Assembly (NCBI GenBank): GCA_038087875.1
Contig: CM075990.1
Coordinates: forward strand, 10,106,001-10,170,000
Origin: Malacoraja senta
Taxonomy: Eukaryota
Reading direction: 5' to 3'
DNA: 64,000 nt
The notes beneath the pieces are model-generated. The model saw only the letters and a program-made list of their open reading frames with translations, was not told the origin of the DNA and made no database searches. Below are positions 26,353 to 38,759 of this stretch, in pieces (within the stretch, counting starts at the first letter, position 1; every line of letters starts with the position of its first letter). The translations under genes and the position numbers were made by a program.

Positions 26353-27236
26353 GATTTAATTGTTTCCAAAATCTGATTTTGCAGGATGAAAAAAAATGTT
26401 GTGTTTCTTTTTTTACAATTTGCTTCAAGTTTCATCTGAAATTGTCCTTTCCTGTGATCTGGATTGCATTGCCTGAAGCTTCAATGGTCATTTTCAGAAA
26501 AGGTTAAATTTGTGACGAAGATGCATTTTCAGGGCTAGGGACTAATAGTGAAGTTCTTTCTAAGAGGTGGAATTGCAAATTGAGTGAATATCCTCCTTTT
26601 GGATGCCCTCTGGTACAAACTCTCGGCTGCTGTGCCAAGAAACGGGGCAGAAGGAGATGTGATCAAGACATCTGTGGAAGTCTATGGCTTATGATGGGCA
26701 TTGATGGTTAACCTATTTCTGGAGATGCGGTTGATAAGATTAATGAAGGAAAAACTGCTGATCTATGAAGTGATCATTTTTTTCATGTGCATCTAACCTT
26801 GTTATCGATCGTGGGATATTTGTTGGGTTCTGTGATTTGGTGAGAGGGAAACAAATAAGGCACTAAAATAGGTTGTGGTAGTATATTTGATAGTCAATGG
26901 CCATACAAATTGCATTTAAATCATTCAGCATCCAGGATCATGGTCAGAACACAGCCGATAAAATGAATATCTTCTCCTTAGCCTTTGTGCCTCAACCCAC
27001 AGATGGTTAGCAAGAGGGCTGATTTTGCATTAACACTAGATGAAGGATAAAGATACCAACCACTTCCTGGGCAATGGGAAGCCCCTTATTCAAAAATACT
27101 TCCTTTTCACCGGCACAGTCCTTCAATAGAAAAGGGATATGAACGACTCTCCTGATAAATGGAGCTTCCAAGGTGACAAATTGTGAATGAAGCTGCGAAA
27201 TAGGGTGAAGGATTTAAGTGGATAATTTAATTTATG

Positions 27237-27552
27237 GCACAGTGGCGCAGCTGGTGGAGTTGCTGCTTCACAGCTCCAGAGACCCAGGTTCGATCCTGCC
27301 CTTGGCTGCTGCCTGATGTGGTGTTTGCACGTTCTCCCTGTGACTGCATAGGTTTCCTCCGGCTGCTACGGTTTCCTCCCACATCACAAAGACGTGCAGG
27401 TTTATAGCACAATTGGTCACTGTAAATTGCCCCCAATGTGTACGGAGTGGATGATAAAATGGGATAACATTGAACTCGTGTGAACGGGTGATCAATGGTC
27501 AGCCTGGACTCGGTGGAGAGAAGGGTATGTTTCCATCTCTAAAAACTAAACA
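27237..27552 (+). mobile_element. V-SINE (divergent subfamily), full length
   Basis: gcacagtggcgcagctgg..ggttcgatcc head, cgttctccctgtgac V-domain, aactaaa tail. Confidence 0.8.
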
Positions 27553-27781
27553 AAAACTAGAAAAGGATTCTAAATAAGGCACTGGGATGAAGAGTGGGAA
27601 TTAAATAGGGCTAGATGTTAAATGGAAGTGGTTAAATATAATGGGAACTTAAACGGGATGGAGAGGGAATCGAGATGGGTAGCCATTTCCTTGGCACTAA
27701 TATGGTGCTACTCCTCAAGACCACTTTAACCCTATAGTGTTAAGCACCAAAATGAAGTGAGCATCAGCTGCAGATACTCAC

Positions 27782-27880
27782 AGTTGAGCCTGGAAGTCCA
27801 ACGGGGCCTGGCAGTCCAGGAGGGCCTTGTAATCCTGGCTCTCCCCTTTCTCCCTTTTCACCTGTGGGCCCATCTAAACC
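27782..27880 (-). CDS. COL13A1: Collagen exon, 99 nt: [33 protein letters not shown]
   Basis: Acceptor tgtgtttag, donor gtgagt, 11 Gly-X-Y triplets. Confidence 0.92.
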
Positions 27881-28255
27881 CTAAACACATAACACGAAAG
27901 GAAACTACTTCAGGGCATTGAAGGCTAATTCAAAATGCTCTAGTCTAAGTTGAATTGTTCAGAAATGGGATAGTAGTTCAAAAATAAAGTAACATTTGAG
28001 TCTTCTGACTCACATTGACAACTAACACTATAGGGTCAATTTAACTGCAGTTAATGCAAGAAGAATTTATCGTACTTCATAACTTAGCCAGTCTGGTCAA
28101 CATGTAAAACCTTTGCAGTTCTTGATTATAAATGAAAACCTTTTGCATATAATTGTCAAAATATTTAACTATGATGAAGATTGGACAGATTTATATTAAT
28201 GTTTATAGACTCGAGGGCGTATATCTAAAGTAAGGTTTAGAAGGCTTGAACTCAC

Positions 28256-28399
28256 AGGTGATCCGACCATTCCGATATCTCCTTTGGCTCCTTTGGGACC
28301 GGGGAATCCCATAATTCCTGCCTCGCCCTTGGTTCCTTCGGGTCCCAGTGGTCCTCGCGGACCTGAGGGTCCAAAGTCTCCTGGCTTCCCACGGGGGCC
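28256..28399 (-). CDS. COL13A1: Collagen exon, 144 nt: [48 protein letters not shown]
   Basis: Acceptor ttctctcag, donor gtgagt; starts GPRGKPGD and ends GSP as in COL13A1. Confidence 0.93.
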
Positions 28400-28529
28400 C
28401 TGAGAGAATTAAACCATGTTATCCAGACAAACTCTTATTGCCACAAGAAGGTTCGACAAGGCTAAAGACAGATTATGTGAACCCTGTACGCCCATGACGA
28501 ACAGTGGCTTTTTAAAAATGCAATATTAC

Positions 28530-28574
28530 CTTTTCTCCATCAAGTCCAGGTACCCCTGGTAGGCCTATTTCACC
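28530..28574 (-). CDS. COL13A1: Collagen exon, 45 nt: GEIGLPGVPGLDGEK
   Basis: Acceptor ttttatag, donor gtaata; close to human GEIGLPGPPGHDGEK. Confidence 0.93.
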
Positions 28575-28679
28575 CTATAAAAATAGAGTAACGTATCAGT
28601 AAATACATTCTGCCAATGCATAGCAAACAAACTGATTGTAGAAACAAGTACGGTGCTGTGGCGCAGCGGTAGCGTTGCA

Positions 28680-28824
28680 AAAAATGCACAAAGCTGGGTT
28701 TACAAAATAAGGAACAAAGCATCTTCAGATGGTCTGAAGATGAGTCCTGACCCGAAATGTCAACTATCCATGTTCTTTAAAGATTCTACCTGACCCACTG
28801 AGTTACTCCAGCACTTTGTGTCTT
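28680..28824 (+). mobile_element. Hammerhead-family element following an isolated SINE tRNA head (28648-28679)
   Basis: ctgaagatgagtcctgacccgaaatgtc..gagttactccagcactttgtgtc. Confidence 0.6.
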
Positions 28825-29085
28825 TAATTGTATTTCAGCCTGCATTTCAAGGTACTTAAGACATTTCAGTATAAATTCCCAAGTCGCAAACAAGCAACAA
28901 ACGCAATACAACATTGGTAAAGAAGTGTTTGTATTTGCTACTGTATGTAAATGTTTCAAAAACCAGGAAGCTTCTAATAGCAATACAGCAAAGGAAGCCT
29001 TTTTAATATTTATGGGGCTGAATTGAGTATTGCGAGACAGTAAATTGGGAGCCAGTTTGTATTGTTGATAAAAAAGCACGTAAAA

Positions 29086-29086
29086 A

Positions 29087-29132
<46 letters not shown>

Positions 29133-29140
29133 GTGTGTAT
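29086..29140. repeat. (TA)n/(TG)n microsatellite
   Basis: Direct reading. Confidence 0.95.
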
Positions 29141-29375
29141 TGGCATATATACATGCACTGAACTTTTTCTCGTTTATTATATTATTTACAGTGTACTAGG
29201 TTTACATATTCCATTGTGCTACTGCAAGTAAGAATTTAATTGTTCTATCTGGGACATTTGACAATAAAACACTCTTAACTCTTGAAAAGCGCCCCGGGTG
29301 TAAAACAAGTTGAAATCATTATTGTCAATGTGGAAGCTTTCCTGCTTTGAGTCAATGAACTGGGTGAAAACATAC

Positions 29376-29420
29376 CTTCTGGCCTGGTAGACCTGGCATT
29401 CCTGGAACTCCTGGAGGTCC
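29376..29420 (-). CDS. COL13A1: Collagen exon, 45 nt: GPPGVPGMPGLPGQK
   Basis: Acceptor tatgtttag, donor gtatgt. Confidence 0.92.
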
Positions 29421-29699
29421 CTAAACATAAACGATACATGTCCTCATCAGTTCATCAGGATAGCATGACATAATAAGTCAAGGTTATAAACCTTGATTTT
29501 AGACTGCAAAATCATGTAGAATTTCATCCAAAAGTACAACCTGATGCAATGTTTTTGGCCCATGCCACAATCATGGCCAATATGTATTATTCCTTTAATA
29601 ACTCAAACAGAAAAGATATGCCATTATTGTCCAATTCTATGAAACAGAAATGAAATTGAAAGGAAGATTTGCATCACTTTGTTGCAAAACACTTTACTG

Positions 29700-30010
29700 A
29701 TAATGATGCCATCACTGTTGCAATGTGAAGGGTGTGGCAGCCATTTTGTGCACGCCAAGCTCCAAAGAACAGAAATGCAACCAATAACTAGAGGTTGTGA
29801 TGTTCGTTGAGGATAAAGGTTGGCCATAATGACATAGAGAAATCCTTTGATCTTCAAAGACCCAGGGGATCTTCTGCATCCACATGTGAGAGCCTACTAG
29901 ACCTCATCTGAAATACAGCACCTCCAGCAGTATAGCACTCCCTCAGAGTGGGAGAAATCACTGAGAGTTTAATGCTCAGGCCTCTGGATTGGGCCTTGAA
30001 CCTATGATTG
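29700..30010 (-). mobile_element. Ancient Deu-domain SINE relic (SacSINE1/AmnSINE-related)
   Basis: ggcagccattttgtgcac..gggatctt..catccac..cagcacctccagcagtatagcactccctcag..cttgaacc pattern; similar copies at 53530-53920 and 6720-6865. Confidence 0.55.
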
Positions 30011-30488
30011 CTAGGATCTGTGCCATAGATGATGATACTGGATTCTTGATTTGGTTCTTTCTTTATGCATAATGGAATCGGGGAGCAGGATAGAGGAATC
30101 AGCCTTGCCCTTGGTGCAAGAATTGGGCAGTTTCTGCTCTCATCCATTTATGCAGAAGTGAATCAATACTGTGTACTTCAACACAGCAGGTTGGTGTGAG
30201 CTGGTGCTTACTGCAGGAAATGTCGTGAAACCAGGCATGCAGGTATCATTCCAAATGGAGCTGGGTAAATGCATGGGAAGAGAAACAGTTGCAAGGCAGA
30301 AGAAAGGAACTAATTTGAGAGCTGTTTTAATCACAAGTACAATAGACTCAAAGGTCTTCACTTATGGTGTGTGACTATCATTTGTAAATTGATCTGTTCA
30401 CACCACACCTGGACTATTTCCAAAATAAATACAGCTACATTGCAGAAAACAGCTACAGTGAGCAACTTGGGTCTTAAATAACGTGTAC

Positions 30489-30566
30489 CTGGAGTGCTTC
30501 ATTGATGTTACCATTATAGTCAATTATCTCCGTTTTTCCTACTTCACCTTTCAGACCTGGAAGGCC
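30489..30566 (-). CDS. COL13A1: COL2/NC3 junction exon, 78 nt: GLPGLKGEVGKTEIIDYNGNINEALQ
   Basis: Acceptor gttctgtag, donor gtacac; DYNGNINEALQ is the MACIT NC3 motif. Confidence 0.93.
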
Positions 30567-31308
30567 CTACAGAACAGACATGGGGAATTAAACAACACAC
30601 TGTTAGAGCCAGCCTGAAACCTGCCTAATTGAAGCTCGTTTTATTAATTCCACAGCCAAACTGGAGGATTAGTGGATGATCTTCAACCATAAATTGTAAC
30701 TACAGAGTCTATGACTTCCCCAGTTTTAAAATGTATTATTTATGATATACAAACCACATCCAATGTAAAATCAATCAGAAAAAAATGCATAATGTTGAGA
30801 CTTTGCCCACCCCCCCCCCCCCCACACTTTAAAATTGAAGTCATACTGTAATCTCAGAGAAAAGTGGGAATCTCTTTTCATAATCTGCTATTTGTTCCCA
30901 CACAAGAGGGAGGGGTGGGGTTGTAGCTGTGCATGTAGAAACAGAAGGAGGTAGGAGAAGGTGAAAAAAGGCTAGTGTGTGAGTGAGCAAGTGTGCGAGT
31001 GAGTGTGTCTCGGGGTCTTTGTGTGGGTATGGGCATATGAGGGTATGCATATTTGTGTATATGCATATGTGTGTATATGCTTAGGCATGTTTGTGTGTGA
31101 TCACATGTGTGGACATGTGCCTGTTCATTCATGCACACACCTGTATGGAGTGTTTTGTGCTGATACACTGGCCATCAGCGGATTTGTTTCAAAAGATATA
31201 ATTTCCAAACTGTACCAAAACAGCTGCTTTGTCTCTCCTTAGAGGAAATAATTACTAAAACAAACTTGCCTTACAGTGAATGTCACCAACTACCAAAGCC
31301 AAACTCAC

Positions 31309-31335
31309 CTGAACTCCTCGTTCACCCAATTCCCC
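31309..31335 (-). CDS. COL13A1: Collagen exon, 27 nt: GELGERGVQ
   Basis: Acceptor tttcttgcag, donor gtgagt. Confidence 0.9.
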
Positions 31336-31890
31336 CTGCAAGAAATGCCATAACAAATGTTTACTGGAATATTGCAAAAACATGACAGAAGTACAACTAT
31401 AATTATTCTCCTAGTAACACCTTCTAATGGTGGCTTTGATAATATCAAGGAGCTCCAATTAAGGAAACAAGAGAATATTGAACCCAGGTGCAACTGAGAA
31501 GATGGAAACAGGTCACCAGGTGTGGGAAGGTTCAGAAGGACTCTCCTGGGAGATGATGATAATCTTTCACCTGAAAACTGGCACCCTCCTCTATCCTGGA
31601 ACAACCCCCTATAGACCTGTACACAGGACATCTTCCCAAAGCCCCCCTCTGTGTGTTCCTCACTCAGTGGGTCTTCAAGTGAGTCCCCTCCAATGACTAT
31701 CATAAAAACAGTCTACACTTCTGGACATCACTCTCCATCTACAGAATCCCTCCTTTCCCAGCAACCCAGGTCCGTTAATGACCTAGCCTTCATCTGCTAG
31801 CTGAGCCTTTCCTCCTTCGCTCATAAAGGAATGAAACAATGACATTGTAACACACTGCAGAGTCAAATTAATGAATGGACAGAAATACAT

Positions 31891-31917
31891 CTGGATGCCC
31901 CTCTCTCCGCTTGTTCC
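31891..31917 (-). pseudogene. Donor-less 27-nt Gly-X-Y pseudo-exon: GTSGERGIQ
   Basis: AG acceptor then three Gly-X-Y triplets similar to GELGERGVQ, followed by ATGTAT rather than GT. Confidence 0.5.
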
Positions 31918-32099
31918 CTATACCAGGAACAGGTGATTCCAAACTGCAGATAGTGGGGAATGCTTTCGGGTCACTTTGTCAGGTATTGGATAAATGTGCC
32001 TACACCTGTGAGCTGAGCCCGAAATCCCGGCGATTCATCCAGTGCCAATACCATCTTGTGGATAAGACGTTAAACTAGATGGCTGTAAATTGTTTCCCA

Positions 32100-32340
32100 G
32101 CACTAGCTTAAAGAAATACAGTGGAATTGTCTCCAATGCCCTGGCCAATATTTATCCCTCACTCAACACCCTGAAGCAGATACATGAGTGCGATTACCCA
32201 CTTGTTGTGGACCTCACATGGCTCAGATGCCCTGTACCCCTCATTACATTGATGACCATGAAAGAACTTCATCAACTTCAATGAAATTTTGGGTATCCTG
32301 AGGTCAGGAAAGGTGCTGTAGGATTGCAAGTTCTTTCTCT
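32100..32340 (+). mobile_element. Deu-domain SINE relic, opposite orientation
   Basis: cctggccaatatttatccctcactcaacac..tcctgaggtcaggaaaggtgctgtag..tgcaagttctttc. Confidence 0.55.
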
Positions 32341-32446
32341 CTAAAATTGACTCAAGTCACAACAGACTTCATTCACAGTTTTAAGCTTTGATTATAATAA
32401 TTCGGTATAATTATAGGGATTAATGAAGAAATAAATGGATACCCAC

Positions 32447-32533
32447 CTTCTGACCTGGAGGGCCTACAGGTCCAGGCAGGCCTGAATCACCCTTAATTCC
32501 ACCAGCGGCAGATCCTGGTTCTCCTCCTTCCCC
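32447..32533 (-). CDS. COL13A1: Collagen exon, 87 nt with imperfection: GEGGEPGSAAGGIKGDSGLPGPVGPPGQK
   Basis: Acceptor ccttaaacag, donor gtgggt; matches the GNSIGGGRGEPG-type imperfection of COL13A1. Confidence 0.9.
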
Positions 32534-32799
32534 CTGTTTAAGGAGACCACATTGTTCCATTAAACATTTATGTAGATTAGTGATCATCTATTATTTATCC
32601 ACAATTGGCAATCTTCTTGTTGGAGTCAAATAACAGTGCAACAGATAAAAACTAAAAGGCGCACACCTTCGTGAATGGACCCAAGAAACATCAGCGAGTC
32701 TCGGATTTTTAAGTGCAAGATGCTGAAATCCAAGTCTCACTGAGTGATAAACGGTTGCTCCAACACTGGATTTCTTGGAGAGACCAATGAAAAAGCCCA

Positions 32800-32890
32800 A
32801 GATAAACACAAAATGCTGGAGTAGCAGTGAGTCAGGCAGCATCTCTGGTGAAAAGGGATAGGTGACGTTTTGGATCGAGACCCTTCTTCA
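32800..32890 (-). mobile_element. Hammerhead-family single arm
   Basis: ggtgacgttttggatcgagacccttcttcag on plus. Confidence 0.72.
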
Positions 32891-33959
32891 GAGGAAGAAA
32901 GACCTCAGTCTTCCAAAGGATCAGAGACCTCCATTGATTTCAGATACTCTTTCAGGCTTGTAGAATCCACGATTTGCTTTTCATTGAATGTCATACTCGA
33001 GCATTTAATGACGTTATCATTCTTATGCATTTTTAATGCATGGTATATTTCTGGTGTCAGAAAGATTTAAAAAATGTTAAGACTCATAAGATTTTGCCAG
33101 AAGACAAATCTCCACACACAGATTTGCCTCCTTTTAATGCTTGTTCAGGCCATGCTGGAAACATTGAGGAAGTGTAGCTTTAGTTCGACACCATTGCTGC
33201 TGATTCCTTGCCTTCTGACCTCAGTTTGCAGACGGGCCAACAAGATTGACCCTCCTAATCCGGACATGGTGGGAACCACAGTGTTTCCAGTAGAGGTGAC
33301 AAGCTCTGGGTCTAGCATCTCTGGGTCTGACAGTCTACAAAAGTCGCTTCAACACCATCCAAACTTTGGTTGTCCGTGTACATAATTCTAGAATAGTGGC
33401 CGTCAGCTATTCTTATATAATTAGCACAATGGTTTCTTTGGTTACAAGTCATTGCTGCCATTTTATTATTCCACCGATCAAAGTGATTTTAGGTAACAAA
33501 AACCCCACATATATATTGCGTCTTTAATGAAAGAAAGTTCCTAATGAGCATTGTCAGCCAAAATTGTAGAAATAATAGGTTACCAAAAGCTTGATTGTTT
33601 GAAGGCAAATAAGACCTTAAAGGTGGAGAGGGGAAGGGAGGGAGGAGGGGGAGAGAGAGTGAAAGAAAGAGCAAGGGAAGTCTGTTGGCATCCAGAACTT
33701 CCTAATTTTGTGGTTGTGTCCCAACTTTGGGGTCAACATGATATTAACATTTTAAATTAAATTCAAAATATGACTGTAATATTAAACGATACTGCATACT
33801 TTTATTTTCTTAATATTTATATTTATATGCTTTTAAACCGATGAGATGGCTGGAAGCAATGAGAAAGCATAGGGCTGATGTGGCTTTGATTTCTGCTGGC
33901 TGAGGTCTAGTCACACTGTTCCCCTGTGTCCCCATCCACAGAACAAATGTAATGACAAG

Positions 33960-34263
33960 GTTTAGTTTAGTTAGATACAGCGCGGAAACAGGCCCTTTGG
34001 CTTACCGAGTCCGCACCGACCAGCGATCCCTGCACATTAGCACTATCCTACACACACTAGGGACAATTTTTACATACACCAAGTCAATTAACCTACAAAC
34101 CTGTACGTCTTTGGAGTGTGGGAGGAAACCGAAGATCTCGGAGAAAACCCACGCGGGTCACGGGGAGAACGTACAAACTCCGTACAGACAGCACCCGTAG
34201 TCAGGAAGGAACCTGGGTCTCTGCCGATGTAAGGCAGCAACTCTACCGCTGTACCGCCATGCC
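33960..34263 (-). mobile_element. HE1-like V-SINE, full length
   Basis: Closely similar to the 22228 and 45377 copies. Confidence 0.85.
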
Positions 34264-34660
34264 GCAGGTTGGCAGTACATTGGGTTCCAAGTTGCTGCAG
34301 GTATCCCGCGAGGGTTAGGTGAGTAAGCTGGTGGATCATTTGGTGATGACGTGGAGTAGGGTGAAGGATGTAAAATCTATCACCATGTTTCATGCAGTGT
34401 TGCTGAAGGACAGCTTGTGGACAACAGACCAGTTAGGTCAAAGATAGATCCCTGTGGATCACCACAGTTTGAGATGCATAGATAATTGGTTTATAAAATG
34501 AAGAAATACTGTAGATATTCACATTTAGTTCCAGTCAGGCAGGGGTGTGCTAATGAACAGTTCATATTGCCACTCATTTAAAATAAATAAGCCCTTAATT
34601 GATGCCAGTTATCTGCATGAGGTATTCTATATAAAGTAGCTTTTGAAAGAGCAGACTTAC

Positions 34661-34705
34661 TTTCTGCCCTGGAGCACCTTCTATCCCAGGTATGCCACTT
34701 TCACC
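34661..34705 (-). CDS. COL13A1: Collagen exon, 45 nt: GESGIPGIEGAPGQK
   Basis: Acceptor ttgtacag, donor gtaagt. Confidence 0.92.
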
Positions 34706-36954
34706 CTGTACAATATAAACACCCAGGTTAGAAATCAAGCAACATTATTGTTGATTGCAAGCTAGCAATATCCCAATTCAGATAAGAGGGTTTCAAATTC
34801 TGAGTGAAATAAATGCATTTTAAAATTAGAAACCAGCAGAGTATCTTCTGTCAAAATCTAGAAAATCAATTGGAAGTGAAACAAGAATGAACTGTGATAT
34901 TTCTTATCATTTTGCTGAGATTTTTCTTACTTAAAATCCATAACTCTACTCTGCTGTAATGCTGGCCTGTAACCCGAATCTAGCTTCCATATATCACCAC
35001 GTTGCATATTACTATCCATCAAAGATAAACTATTTGACAGCTATGAGTGAGACACGGAGGCTTTGCACAACTACAAAGCAATGTTTTAAAGAAAATTCAC
35101 TGAACCAAAATGATGAAAGACACACATGCTAGAAAAATGGTAGAAGCTGGCTTAGACATCTCCACTATCAATCACTGAGGTCAACTTTCTCTTGAACCTA
35201 CTTTACTCCCCAATCTATACTCGTTTCACTCGGCATATTCAGGCCACAGTCTCAGAGCACCCCTGTTCTGAAATATTAATGTGCTGTGACGTAATGTGTT
35301 CACAACAGCACCACAGCTCTACAGGTTAGCACTGCTTTGTTCTTGTTGTGGTCGGATGCCCATGAACTACTTGATTAAACATTTCTCAGTAACTTTTAGA
35401 AGTTAGTGAATGATTGTACACAGTACTTGTTAACTTACGCTTCATCCTCACAACTTCCTGAATTATTATCCAACTGTTTACAAACATATTAATCACCTGC
35501 AAAACTTAACAACACTCAGCTTTTTTTTTTAATACTCTAACAATTAAACTAGATATTTTCTGAATGCTCCATACTTGTATCTGATTAAGGTTTGGGATGG
35601 TGCAAACTTTCATTACCATTGACGCAACAATTATTGTCACAACTTCTTGTGATTTGTGTGTGGGAGATGAGTGAAATTTTAAATGATTTGCTCAGCCCTT
35701 GAATCCAAGTAGCTGGTTTGCCATTGATTTTGTTTGTCCTAACTTTGGTTATAATCACTCATGGAGAAATTAATCAAATGTTTAAACAGTTGATTTTTAT
35801 TAGTTTGACATAAAAATTAAGTTATTTCTTGTTGAAATTCACCAAATTCCCACTGGAGGGTATTCATCGCTGATGTGGGTACTAAGGGAGATGGGAATTG
35901 GTAAGAGAATGAATGCAGGAGAGGATCACCTTGGAGCATTTTGAAGGATCAGGTATGAGAATGCAAATAGCCAGTGCCTGCACCTCAATCTGATCTTCTT
36001 CAATAATGTTAAAAGTCTGTAAATATGGCAGAAGCCAATGGAAACTCTTCTTAAGATCTCACAATGAATTTGTAAGTAACGCAAGGCAAGCAACAGCAAA
36101 TCCAACCACATCAGACCAAACATAATAATCTTCAGTGTGATTAAAATCTCACTGAAGTCCAGAACTACTTCAGGCAGGGTTACACTGAGGATCTTATACT
36201 GAATGGGCGGGGGACATGCACCAGATACTATCAGATGTTACCATCACATGCAGCTGTGCACCAAACCGTGCACAGGGACTTTCAATGTAAAGTGCGAACC
36301 TTAGCTGTGATTTCCCACACTACCCATGCATTGTAACTTCCAAAAATAACAAAAAGTCCATTGTCTGAATCAAACTTAAAGAATCATTACACACATCTCC
36401 CCAAGTCCAGAGTTTGCGCTTAACTCACAATCTACATTCAAAGTGGAAATGAATATTTAATTATTTTTTTATTCTAAATTTTACAAAGCAAAACGCATCT
36501 AAAGTATCCACAATGGAACTGCTTACATTGAACCTCGAGCATAGAAACAGGACTTTCAGCCACACAGAAACCTGTTGGGTTGACATATTTATGTAGTTTT
36601 CAGGATCTAAACGTTGCTGACAAGGCTGGTATTTATTGTCCATCCTTAATTGCCTGTGTAAAGTGAATGGTGAATCAGCTCTCGAACTGGTGCAGTCTGT
36701 CTGTCCAAAAGGACTGCTCCAGCTCAAGACGGTGGTTCACCTTTACTGATGGGTAAGGAGCTATAGAGTGGACAATGGCATTGACAGTTATGCAATCATC
36801 AGCAATCATCTCTACTTCTGATCATATAACAGAAAGAAGTTATTAATGAAGCACTTCAGGATGGCTGGGCTCAGGCCACTCCCTAAGGAACTCAAATCAA
36901 GTGATCGTAGTCTGCAGAAACCTTGGATCATTGAATCCAGTGAACATATCCTTT

Positions 36955-37545
36955 TATTTTATGGGAATGGGAAGGGAGTTAAAATGGTTAGTAATCGAGA
37001 GATCCAACAGGCCTTGACGGACCGAGCTCAAATGTTAAGCGAGACGATCGCCTAGTCTATGTTTGGTGTTGCCGATGTAAAGAAAGCCACATCAGAAACT
37101 CTGGATGCAATAGACGAGACTAAAGGAGGTATACATGAATCTCTGTCTTACCTGGAAGGACTGTTGGGGTCCCTGGATGGATGTGAGGGTGAAGGTATAG
37201 AGACAGTATGTTACATCTCCTGCTGTTGCAGGGGAAAGTACCTGGGGAGGGGGTGATTTGGGTGGGAAAGGGTGAGTGAACCAATGAGTGGATCTATGAC
37301 AGCTAAGGGGAGCCATGTTTACTAAAGAAAGAGGATATCTTGGATGTCCTAGAATGGAAAGCATCATGTTGGGAGCAGACGTGGAAGTGATGAAGAAATT
37401 GAGGATAGCATCTTTGCAAGAGGGAGGGTCAGAGAAGGTATAGTCCTGATAACTGTGGGAGTTGGTGGAATTTGTAGTAGATGCAAGTAGATAGTTTGTC
37501 CCCTGTTTTGGAGACAGAGAGATCAAGAAAGGGGAGAGAGGTGTC
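36955..37545 (-). mobile_element. Decayed Penelope-like element, GIY-YIG endonuclease region
   Basis: Minus strand reads FQVRQRFMYTSFSLVYCIQ..LYIGNTKHRLGDRLA*HLSSV, the PLE VYCI..YIGET.R.L..R..EH motif, with stops and frameshifts. Confidence 0.8.
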
Positions 37546-37670
37546 AACCATAGTTCAAGAGGCAAAATCTTCTACCTTGGTTTAATTCTATTTACTGGTT
37601 TTGTTAGCAGTATTTTGCAAGGCAAGTTCATGCATCAATATATCAGGCACACCCACACTATAGATCCTAC

Positions 37671-37724
37671 CCTGAACCCTCTCTTTCCGGGAAGGCCACG
37701 TGGACCAGCTTCTCCTGGCTCCCC
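37671..37724 (-). CDS. COL13A1: Collagen exon, 54 nt: GEPGEAGPRGLPGKRGFR
   Basis: Acceptor ttatgcttag, donor gtagga, Gly-X-Y. Confidence 0.9.
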
Positions 37725-37939
37725 CTAAGCATAAAATATGAAGATAGGAGATCAATACACAGGACCTGAAAGGAAAGGTGAAACAGGGGGGGGGGGGGGC
37801 ATCGAGAACAGACGAGGAGACTTCAAGAACATATGAGAAAACTTCACGAACAGACAAGGATACATCAAGGCACTTTATTCAATGTGATGAGGCCACATTG
37901 TGTTACATGGGATGAGACATGTGTCTATCTCATTTTGCA

Positions 37940-38135
37940 TTGGAAGGAACTGCAGATGCTGGTTTAAACCGAAGATAGACACAAAATGCTGGAGTAACTC
38001 AACGGGACAGGCAGCATCTCTGGAGAAACATTTTGGGTTGTTTCAGTCTGAAGAAGGGTCTCGACCTGGAAAGTCACCCATTCCTTCTCTCCAGAGATGC
38101 TGCCTGTCCCGCTGAGACTCCAGCATTTTGTTTCT
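37940..38135. mobile_element. Hammerhead-family hairpin element
   Basis: Inverted arms; core on plus near 38047. Confidence 0.75.
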
Positions 38136-38759
38136 CTCGTTATGCAATTCTATGATCATACAATAGTCTCATGCAATGAAGTTATTACTTCTGACAGTTG
38201 TTTGATTATTTAATTATAGTCACCTGTTTTAAATGTTTCATGACTTATCAGAGATATTGCAAAAAATCTCATACAGGCTAATGCATAAAAGAGCACTGTC
38301 CATAAAACGTATTAAATTATGAATGCTAAACAGCAAGACAAGCTTTGGAATTAAAATATCATCAGCTATACAAATACTTCTCCAATAATGTGGAGTGGTG
38401 CAGCTTGATTGCTTTTCTTCAAGAGCTTGCAGTCTCACTTCTCTGTAGCTAAAGCTTTGTTTTGTCGCTCAGGCCAACAGTTTAACCTCTATGTCAAATA
38501 TTGTGTGACTCACACTGACCTCCACTCAGCTATAATGAGAGTGGTTCACTGCTGGTCAAGGAAAGAATTAAATGGATAGTGCCCATTCAATAAAGGGCAA
38601 CATAGAAAACAGAATGTACAAAGTAGAGGGATTTGCACAGGGGGAATTGAAGATTAAAATGGAATGGGAGGAAGTGAACAATAAGGGGAGAATGGTAGAA
38701 TGGCAGTGAGTGTTGCTGCTTTTTAACCCCAGCTTGATCCTGACTTTGGAGATTCGAGA

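Noticed and set aside
27237-27305. tRNA-like A/B box sequences (also at other SINE heads)
   Set aside because: SINE heads without a full cloverleaf; not tRNA genes.
30212-30260. Exon-like segment in the NC3 intron
   Set aside because: 49 nt, with a stop in the incoming frame; no similarity to the expected NC3 peptide.
3875-30566. Assignment as COL25A1 or COL23A1
   Set aside because: C-terminus GEDGLPVQGCWNK and most COL3 exons match COL13A1, despite some COL25-like residues.
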